Below are positions 9,216 through 16,302 of a stretch of DNA of 64,000 nucleotides, piece after piece. The stretch comes from an uncultured Oscillospiraceae bacterium (lineage in GTDB: Bacteria; Bacillota; Clostridia; Oscillospirales; Oscillospiraceae): the NCBI GenBank assembly GCA_910583885.1, contig CAJUAC010000005.1, forward strand, positions 16,508-80,507, in the 5' to 3' direction. Positions within the stretch are counted from its first letter, which is position 1, and each line of letters begins with the position of its first letter. Below the pieces are notes generated by a model. It did no database searches and was not told the DNA's origin. It was given only the letters and a program-made list of their open reading frames with translations. Both the position numbers and the translations under genes were made by a program.

Positions 9216-9315
9216 ATCAGGTTCAGATCTGTCCCTCCTCAAATTCCCTCGCTATTGCAGGGGGGCTGTAAACCATTTTCCACCGTATAGCACCCGCGTT
9301 CGCCGGGGTGCCGAA

Positions 9316-9344
9316 ACGGGCGATGTCTTACTGACATCGCCCGT
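9316..9344. terminator. Bidirectional hairpin between the orphan gene and ppiB
   Basis: acgggcgatgtc / gacatcgcccgt forms a 12-bp stem with a 5-nt loop. It is flanked by an A-run and a T-rich run. Confidence 0.6.
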
Positions 9345-9417
9345 CTTCTACTGCCTTAAAAAGTATTCAATATATGGTTTCTTGCAACTTTGCTATGAAG
9401 CAACGGTTAATAACCTG

Positions 9418-9942
9418 TCACTTCTTTTCCGGTTCCGGATACTCCTGGCCTAAGGTATCCACCCGAACGGATCTCATAACCTGCGGCTGCTTTGGCTTAT
9501 CATTCATCATGCTCCGCGGTGTCCGGGAAATTTCCACTGCGGCGTCCACATTTTCAGTAATCTGTCCAAAGGCGGCATATTGCCCGTCCAGGTGGGGCGC
9601 AGCATCCACCATAATAAAGAACTGGCTGCCCGCACTATCAGGTGACATGGAACGAGCCATCGAGAGGATCCCCAAAGTGTGCTTTATGTCATTCGTCTCA
9701 AAACCATTACCGGAAAACTCCCCACGGATAGAATAACCTGGCCCGCCCATGCCAGTACCGTCGGGACAGCCTCCCTGAATCATAAAGCCGGGAATCACCC
9801 GATGGAAGATCAGCCCATCATAGTACCCGCTATTGGCCAGGGCAATAAAATTATTGACCGTGTTGGGCGCTTTTTCTGGGTACAGCTCCCCCCGCATAAT
9901 TTGTCCATTCTCCATCTCTATCGTGACAATAGGTTTGCTCAT
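9418..9942 (-). CDS. ppiB: Cyclophilin-type peptidyl-prolyl cis-trans isomerase
   Basis: FHRVIPGFMIQGGCP, SMARS....SAGSQFFI and the overall 174-aa cyclophilin pattern. Confidence 0.92.
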   Translation of the reverse strand: MSKPIVTIEMENGQIMRGELYPEKAPNTVNNFIALANSGYYDGLIFHRVIPGFMIQGGCPDGTGMGGPGYSIRGEFSGNGFETNDIKHTLGILSMARSMSPDSAGSQFFIMVDAAPHLDGQYAAFGQITENVDAAVEISRTPRSMMNDKPKQPQVMRSVRVDTLGQEYPEPEKK

Positions 9943-9961
9943 ACTGTCTCTCCTCCTTAAT

Positions 9962-10429
9962 TTACCGATTATAGGATTTCATGGCCCGGTCAATATCCCG
10001 TTTGGCATCCCGTTTAGCCATGGAGTCGCGCTTATCATAGTTTTTCTTGCCCTTACACAGCCCGATTTCTACTTTGACCCGTGCGTTCTTAAAATAAACG
10101 CTGATGGGAATCAAAGCATAGCCATCCTGCTGGGCATAGGCTTGGAGCCGGTTAATCTCCCGCTTGTGCATCAACAGCCGCCGGGGCCGCACTGGATCCC
10201 GGTTAAAAATATTCCCGTGCTCATAGGGGCTGATATGCATCCCATGAAGGTAAATCTCCCCGTTCTTTGCGATACAGTAGGAATCTTTCAAATTCAACGT
10301 CCCAGCCCGGATTGATTTCACTTCTGTGCCATAGAGCTCAATGCCCGCTTCATAGCGGTCCTCTACAAAGTAGTCATGATGTGCCTTTCGATTCTGCGCT
10401 GCCACCTTGACTCCCTTTTTTTCTGCCAT
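9962..10429 (-). CDS. smpB: SsrA-binding protein SmpB
   Basis: NRKAHHDYF...[16 protein letters not shown]...[10 protein letters not shown]...[12 protein letters not shown]. The start at MAEKKG was chosen. Confidence 0.92.
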   Translation of the reverse strand: MAEKKGVKVAAQNRKAHHDYFVEDRYEAGIELYGTEVKSIRAGTLNLKDSYCIAKNGEIYLHGMHISPYEHGNIFNRDPVRPRRLLMHKREINRLQAYAQQDGYALIPISVYFKNARVKVEIGLCKGKKNYDKRDSMAKRDAKRDIDRAMKSYNR

Positions 10430-10750
10430 GAACCAGCCCTCCTTCCAAGCTTTTGACCAGTATACCATATATCGCCTGTCACTTCAAGTCAGGAAATTGC
10501 TGTTGCGCGCCTATCTCACAAAGTGCTGAGAATCGGGATCCCCATCCCTCGAAGCCAGTGTACAGATGCGATGGCTACAGGAATCAGAACACAATAAAGA
10601 CAAAATATAAAAATCGTCTTTATTTAGAAATCAATTTATCGCAGAAAAATTTTATAGTGAGCCTCGTTCTTTTCCATAAAATCGTAACAAATCGAACTAA
10701 TAGTGTTCATTAAGCAACGATTACCCCTCTTAGAAACACAAAAACAGGAC

Positions 10751-10779
10751 TTGCACTTCTTTCTCTTTTATGATATAGT
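10751..10779 (+). promoter_or_regulatory. Sigma-A-type promoter of the glycopolymer operon (about 310-nt leader)
   Basis: TTGCAC, a 17-nt spacer, then TGaTATAGT, located in an AT-rich gap. Confidence 0.45.
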
Positions 10780-11092
10780 TGTCCTCAACGTTAAAAATGC
10801 TCCATGCTGGAGCCCTTTATATGACGCTATTTATAGACAACTTTTATATTTTGATTATAAATTTGAAAGGGGTTGCATCATGCAGTACGACCTAACAGGT
10901 CCTGGATTCCGTTTAGCACAGGAAGGGATCAAACGCTGCTTGACGGCTTGCTGTGGTTTGAGCCACAACGATAAATCCTGGCCGCAATGCATTGGGGGGC
11001 TGGGGCGGCAACAAACAGCCTACGCCCAGGAGCAGATACGGGCCGGACCCACGGAGCTGCTGAAGATTGATCGGAAAGGGAGGTAATATACA

Positions 11093-12565
11093 TTGCGAAA
11101 AATTACCCGTGCAGCGCTCTCTGAGCGCATGGAACAGTATCATATATTCAACCGCGTGGCGGTACGTGCCCTTCTGGGTTATCTTGCCTTGGTTGTCCTG
11201 TTTTTCTTCCTGGCAGGGGAGCAGCTCCATTTCCGCAGATCCCGTGGGGAAATTGCTATGCCTGCGGCGGACAGCGGCACGGTAGAGATGGCCGCAGGGA
11301 ATGTTGTGGAGCAGCGCTTTACCACCGCAGTCCAGCGCATTGAGCAGGTTGACGTCCAATGGGGGACATACTACCGGCCAAATGCGGGGGCCATCCTGAT
11401 GGAGCTCTGGGACACGCGGGACAACACGCTCCTGCTGTTGGGCCGCTTTGACGCTGCGGCCATCACAGAGGGCGGCGTGACCTCCCTCACTGCATCCCAG
11501 CCGCTAGAGGGGCTTTACCGGATCCCGCTCCTGCTGCGGGTTTCCTCACCGGACTGCCAGCCAGGCAGCTCACCTTCCCCGCTGATGAGCGTACAGGAGG
11601 CCCTGCCAGACAGCAGCCTATATCTCAATGGCGCAGCGGCGGACGGTGTGCTCTGCTTCGCGGTGCATGGCACGGACTACATTTGGACAGGTCTGCATTA
11701 CTGGGAGTTTGCAGCGGTGGGGCTTCTGCTCCTGCTTGCAGCTCTGGCCGTGATATGGTACCGCGTCCGCCTGGGGAAGCGCAGCTATGTACTCAATGCG
11801 GTAGTTGCCACAGAGAAGTACAGTTTCCTGATCCGCCAGCTGGTAGCGCGGGATTTTAAGACCAAGTACAAGCGGTCGGTACTGGGTATCTTCTGGAGCT
11901 TCCTCAACCCGCTGCTGACAATGTGCGTCCAGTACTTTGTTTTTTCAACAATTTTTAAAAGCGATATCCCCCATTATGTGGCCTATCTGCTGGTAGGTAT
12001 TGTCGTCTTCAACTTCTTTTCTGAGGCCTGCGGCATGTCGCTGACTGCCATCGCCGGCAACGCCAGCCTCATCACCAAGGTATATGTGCCCAAGTACATC
12101 TACCCTCTGACACGGGTGATCTCCTCGGTGATAAACCTAGGGATTTCTTTGATCCCCCTCGTGCTGGTCTCTTTGGGGACGGGGGTGGCACTCCGGAAGT
12201 CCACTGTGCTGGCTGTATACTTTTTATCATGCACCATCATCTTCAGCCTGGGGCTTGGCCTGCTCCTGTCGGCAGCCATGGTGTTTTTCCGGGACACCCA
12301 GTTCCTATGGGGGGTGCTAAGCATGATTTGGATGTATGTGACCCCCATTTTCTACCCGGAGAGCATCCTGCCGGACAATTTTAAGATCATCTTATGGATC
12401 AATCCCCTCTATCATTTCCTGAAAAATACCCGCATCTGCATTTTAGATGGTATTTCCCCTGAGCCAACCGTGTACCTCCACTGTATGCTGCTGGCCCTGG
12501 GGGCGCTGGGGATTGGCTCATGGATATTCCGTAAAGTACAGGACCGTTTTATCCTGTACCTGTAA
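11093..12565 (+). CDS. ABC-2 (Wzm/TagG-type) polysaccharide export permease with a ~235-aa N-terminal TM/extracytoplasmic-domain/TM extension
   Basis: The C-terminal 255 aa (FLIRQLVARDFKTKYKRSVLGIFWSFLNPLL... plus 6 TM) is the classic ABC-2 core. The N-terminal part has two hydrophobic helices bracketing a ~170-aa soluble segment. GGGAGG RBS before a TTG start. Confidence 0.85.
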   Translation: MRKITRAALSERMEQYHIFNRVAVRALLGYLALVVLFFFLAGEQLHFRRSRGEIAMPAADSGTVEMAAGNVVEQRFTTAVQRIEQVDVQWGTYYRPNAGAILMELWDTRDNTLLLLGRFDAAAITEGGVTSLTASQPLEGLYRIPLLLRVSSPDCQPGSSPSPLMSVQEALPDSSLYLNGAAADGVLCFAVHGTDYIWTGLHYWEFAAVGLLLLLAALAVIWYRVRLGKRSYVLNAVVATEKYSFLIRQLVARDFKTKYKRSVLGIFWSFLNPLLTMCVQYFVFSTIFKSDIPHYVAYLLVGIVVFNFFSEACGMSLTAIAGNASLITKVYVPKYIYPLTRVISSVINLGISLIPLVLVSLGTGVALRKSTVLAVYFLSCTIIFSLGLGLLLSAAMVFFRDTQFLWGVLSMIWMYVTPIFYPESILPDNFKIILWINPLYHFLKNTRICILDGISPEPTVYLHCMLLALGALGIGSWIFRKVQDRFILYL

Positions 12566-12574
12566 GAGGGGCTT

Positions 12575-13300
12575 ATGAGCAGAACAGTTATTGAATTAAC
12601 CGATGTGACCATGCGGTTTCGGATGAACAGCGACAAGATCCTGTCCTTGAAGGAATTTGTAACCACCGCCCTGCGAGGGAAGCTGGATTACCAGGAATTT
12701 ACCGCCCTGGACCACGTCTCCCTCCAGGTAAAAAAAGGGGAGACCCTGGGGCTGATCGGCCGCAACGGTGCGGGAAAAAGCACGCTGCTGAAGGTGATCT
12801 CCGGCATCCTGAAGCCGACAGCGGGCAGCGTACAGTGCCAGGGAACCATTGCGCCCATGCTGGAACTGGGTTCCGGGTTTGATATGGATCTGACTGGGCG
12901 GGAGAACATTTTCCTCAATGGTGCGATCCTTGGCTACAGTGAGGCATTTTTGAACGCAAAGTACGACGAAATCGCAGCATTTTCTGAGCTGGGCAACTTC
13001 ATCGAAACCCCTATCCGCAACTACTCCTCCGGGATGCTGGCGCGGCTGGCCTTCTCGGTTACAACAGTAGTCCAGCCGGAGGTACTGATCGTCGACGAGA
13101 TCCTATCCGTAGGGGATGCGGCATTCCAGGAGAAGAGCAGGCGGCGGATGATGGAGCTGATGGGCGGTGGAACTACCGTGCTCTTTGTCTCCCACAGCCT
13201 GGAGCAGATCCGTGAGATGTGCAGCCGGGTAGCCTGGCTGGAACAGGGGCGGGTCAAGATGATAGGCGCGCCTGCTGCGGTTTGCAGCGCTTATGTATAG
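12575..13300 (+). CDS. Polysaccharide/teichoic-acid export ABC ATP-binding protein (Wzt/TagH-type, no C-terminal carbohydrate-binding domain)
   Basis: Walker A GRNGAGKST, signature YSSGMLARL, Walker B LIVDEILSVGD, 241 aa. Confidence 0.9.
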   Translation: MSRTVIELTDVTMRFRMNSDKILSLKEFVTTALRGKLDYQEFTALDHVSLQVKKGETLGLIGRNGAGKSTLLKVISGILKPTAGSVQCQGTIAPMLELGSGFDMDLTGRENIFLNGAILGYSEAFLNAKYDEIAAFSELGNFIETPIRNYSSGMLARLAFSVTTVVQPEVLIVDEILSVGDAAFQEKSRRRMMELMGGGTTVLFVSHSLEQIREMCSRVAWLEQGRVKMIGAPAAVCSAYV

Positions 13301-13319
13301 GAGAGGGGGCAGGCCATCG

Positions 13320-14561
13320 ATGGACCAACTAACTGAACATTTTTCCGGTCCGCTCCTCTTTTCGTATGTCTGGTGGGTTCTTCATCAGGCAGTCCACATG
13401 CGGATTGGCAGGCTGTACTTTTTAGCCAGGGACGGCTGCCTCCTGCGGGAAATGGCGGAGCAGTTCTGCCGGAGCTGCCGCCTGCCCATTGAATGCCGCT
13501 ACCTGTATTGCTCCCGTATGGCCCTGCGCACACCATGCTGCCACCTGATTGGGGACGAGGCGCATGACCTGCTGCTCCTGGGCGGGTATCGGGTTTCCCT
13601 GCGCAGCCTGTTGGACCGGGTGGGGCTGGAGGACAGCGAGCGTCAGGAGGTATATCGGGAATGCGGCCTAGTCAGCCGGGATAAGGATGTCTTGCTGCCG
13701 GAGAAGGAGCTTGCACTGGTCCGCAGGCTGCTCAGAGGCAGCGAAACCTACCGCCGGGCTGTGGGGCGCAGATCCCGGGAGGCCTATCCAGCCGCAATGG
13801 GGTATCTCCGGCAGGAGGGGCTGTTTGATGGGGCCACTGTGGCCATCGTTGACAGCGGATGGACAGGCTCCATGCAGCGCTCCCTGCGCCAGCTGCTGCA
13901 ATCCGGCGGATATGCCGGGAGGATCGTCGGGTTCTACTTCGGCATGTACGCCCCACCCAAAAGCCCGGAGGACGGCGCCTATTTCACCTGGTTCTTTTCT
14001 GGCAGGGACCACCTCCTGCGGAAAATCCCCTTTAACAACAACCTCTTTGAGTGCCTGCTGTCCGCCCCGCACGGAATGACGGCAGGCTATCGGGAAGAAC
14101 GCGGTACCTATGTGCCGGTGTGCCTGCCGTGTACGGAGGGCTACCGGCAAACGGTGCGCAGGCAGATGGCCCGTGTACTGCGGTATACACAGAGGCGGCT
14201 GGAGACCTTGGACTTTGGCCGCTTCCACGGAAAGGCCTTGTTGAAGGAGAGCGAAAAAATCGTTTCCCGCTATATGGCACATCCAACGCGGGAGGAGGCG
14301 GTTGCCTGGGGGGAGTATCTTTTTTGCGACGACGTGACAGATGGATATCTCCTGCCCCTGGCAGACGCGTCACAGACAGCCATGCTCAAGAATTATGCTA
14401 TCCTCCGGCGCATATGCCGCAAGCTGGCGGGCAGGCCTGCCCAGGCTGCCGCAGAGCTGTACTGGCCCGAGGGGGTGTCCGCCTTCCTGCCACCGGCAAG
14501 GCGGCTGTGGTACCGCTGGAATATCTATGTGTGGGAGCTCCTGCGCTATGTGCTGCATTGA
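13320..14561 (+). CDS. Unknown-function protein, paralogous to the central domain of the 1266-aa protein (called the X domain here)
   Basis: Shares YFLARDG and IVDSGWTGSMQRSL with YFMLRDG and IVDLGWKGSMLRGL of the gene at 16303. GGAGAGGGGG RBS. An alternative ATG at 13293 overlaps the tagH-like stop. Confidence 0.7.
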   Translation: MDQLTEHFSGPLLFSYVWWVLHQAVHMRIGRLYFLARDGCLLREMAEQFCRSCRLPIECRYLYCSRMALRTPCCHLIGDEAHDLLLLGGYRVSLRSLLDRVGLEDSERQEVYRECGLVSRDKDVLLPEKELALVRRLLRGSETYRRAVGRRSREAYPAAMGYLRQEGLFDGATVAIVDSGWTGSMQRSLRQLLQSGGYAGRIVGFYFGMYAPPKSPEDGAYFTWFFSGRDHLLRKIPFNNNLFECLLSAPHGMTAGYREERGTYVPVCLPCTEGYRQTVRRQMARVLRYTQRRLETLDFGRFHGKALLKESEKIVSRYMAHPTREEAVAWGEYLFCDDVTDGYLLPLADASQTAMLKNYAILRRICRKLAGRPAQAAAELYWPEGVSAFLPPARRLWYRWNIYVWELLRYVLH

Positions 14562-15366
14562 CAGTCCGCCCAAGATCTCAGTGGTTATGGGGGCGTACAA
14601 TATTGCCGGCCTGTCCATCTTCCCAGAGGCCATCCAGTCCATCCTGTCCCAATCGCTGGTGGAGCTGGAGCTCCTCATCTGCGACGACGGCTCCTCGGAC
14701 AGGACCTGGGACATCCTCACCCTGCTGGCCGGGCAGGACCGCAGGGTACGGCTCCTCCGCAGTGGGCGGAACCGGGGGCTGGCCGCCGCGCTCAACCGCT
14801 GTATTGCAGCCGCTGGAGGGCGGTATATCGCGCGGCAGGACGCGGATGACCTCTCGGACCGGTTCCGCCTGGAGAAACAGTGCCGTTTCCTGGACAGCCA
14901 CCCGGAGATCCAGTTTGTAGGCAGCGATACGGAGCTGTTCGACCGGGACGGCATCTGGCGGGTACGGCGCTTTCCGGCCTTTCCCCGCCCGGAGGACTTC
15001 CTGTTTACCATGCCCTTTGTCCATGGGGCCCTCATGTTCCGGAGGGAGGCGCTGCTGGATATGGGCGGCTACCGCGTGGCGCGGGAGACCCGCCGCACCG
15101 AGGACTATGATCTGCTCATGCGGCTATACGCAGGCGGTCTGCGGGGGGCGAACATCGGAGAGCCCCTGTACCGCTTCCAGGAGGGCAGGGATACCGAGCA
15201 GCGCCGGAAATACCGCTACCGCGTGGACGAGGCGGCCGTCCGCTGGAAGGGGTTTGCGGCGATGGGCCTCATGCCGCGGGGGATCCCCTATGCCCTCAAG
15301 CCGCTGGCAGTGGGGCTCCTGCCTGCGGGCATCCTGCGCAGGATGAAGAAACTGCGCCCATATTGA
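14548..15366 (+). CDS. Family-2 glycosyltransferase (GT-A)
   Basis: ISVVMGAYNIAG...ILSQSLVELELLICDDGSSD...ARQDADDLS (DxD) fits the typical GT2 N-terminal half. The start is uncertain (14527, 14548 or 14587). Confidence 0.85.
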   Translation: MCCIDSPPKISVVMGAYNIAGLSIFPEAIQSILSQSLVELELLICDDGSSDRTWDILTLLAGQDRRVRLLRSGRNRGLAAALNRCIAAAGGRYIARQDADDLSDRFRLEKQCRFLDSHPEIQFVGSDTELFDRDGIWRVRRFPAFPRPEDFLFTMPFVHGALMFRREALLDMGGYRVARETRRTEDYDLLMRLYAGGLRGANIGEPLYRFQEGRDTEQRRKYRYRVDEAAVRWKGFAAMGLMPRGIPYALKPLAVGLLPAGILRRMKKLRPY

Positions 15367-15424
15367 GGGCCTGCATCCATGTCAAGCCAACGCTGGATAC
15401 AGGCCCGGAAGGGAAGGGACCCAC

Positions 15425-16234
15425 ATGGAGATCAGACGGATCATCCGCAGGGCAGACAGGGCGCTCTGCATATGGCTGCTGGAACGGAGCTCCCTGCCGC
15501 AGAAGATCATGTACTACCAGAGGCGGTATGATGGGCAGATCCTGCAAAGCTTCCTGCTGCCGCCGGTGGCACGGGGACAGCAGGAGGGCTGTATACTGAT
15601 GGACTACGCCGGCCGCAGGGCGTACCGGCCTGCGGATGTGTACGGATTCCTGGAGGGTTTCGACACCGTGTCCTTTGACCTCTTTGATACGCTCCTGTTC
15701 CGGGATACGCCCTCGCCAGCGGATCTATTCGGGCTGGTGGGACGGGAGCTGGGCATCCCGGATTTCCAGCGCTCCCGCATTGCGGCGGAGCGGGCGGCCC
15801 GGCGGGCCAAGCGCCAAGCCGCCGGAACCAGTGAGGTGACGCTTACGGACATCTACTCCATGTTGCCTGGCGCAGGCCGCAGCCATATGGAGGAGGAGCT
15901 CCGCCAGGAGCAATGCCACTGCCGCATAGACACCGCCATGCGGCAGCTGGTGGAGGTGCTGTGCCGGCGAGGGAAGCAGGTCGTGATCATATCGGATATG
16001 TACCTCACCGCAGAACAGCTGGCGGCACTGCTCCAGTGCGCCGGGTACACCTTCCCGGGCCATCTGTACGTCTCCAGCCAGTACGGATGCAGCAAGGCCA
16101 GCGGCGGGCTCTTCCCTCTGGTCCTGCGGGAGTGCGGTGCGAAGCGGATGGCCCATATCGGGGACAACTTTGCCAGCGATATCCTCATGGCCCGCCAGGC
16201 GGGGGTTCCTGCCCTGCACTGTTTGCAGCCATAG
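15425..16234 (+). CDS. HAD-superfamily (subfamily IA-like) hydrolase, paralogous to the N-terminal domain of the 1266-aa protein
   Basis: Motif I FDLFDTLLFR, ISDMYL, and motif III HIGDNFASD. The longer start is favoured by the coding-like GC3 of 15425-15598; an alternative start is at 15599. Confidence 0.8.
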   Translation: MEIRRIIRRADRALCIWLLERSSLPQKIMYYQRRYDGQILQSFLLPPVARGQQEGCILMDYAGRRAYRPADVYGFLEGFDTVSFDLFDTLLFRDTPSPADLFGLVGRELGIPDFQRSRIAAERAARRAKRQAAGTSEVTLTDIYSMLPGAGRSHMEEELRQEQCHCRIDTAMRQLVEVLCRRGKQVVIISDMYLTAEQLAALLQCAGYTFPGHLYVSSQYGCSKASGGLFPLVLRECGAKRMAHIGDNFASDILMARQAGVPALHCLQP

Positions 16235-16302
16235 GGAGGACAGTCCCCCGGGAAATTGGAGCAGCTCAACATCATAAAAAGTTTTGCAAGGAGCGGGTAT
16301 AT

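Noticed and set aside
9216-11092. Search for tmRNA (ssrA) next to smpB
   Set aside because: Neither flank contains a tRNA-like acceptor or T-arm ending in CCA, a resume codon with a tag ORF, or a GGGG-start. The hairpins at 9291-9344 are simple terminators, so no tmRNA was called.
15913-16302. 130-codon N-terminal extension of the giant ORF (track start 15913)
   Set aside because: It overlaps the HAD gene in another frame and has an Arg/Pro/Gly-rich composition. A good AAGGAG RBS and an ATG at 16303 precede the HAD motif at the expected distance.
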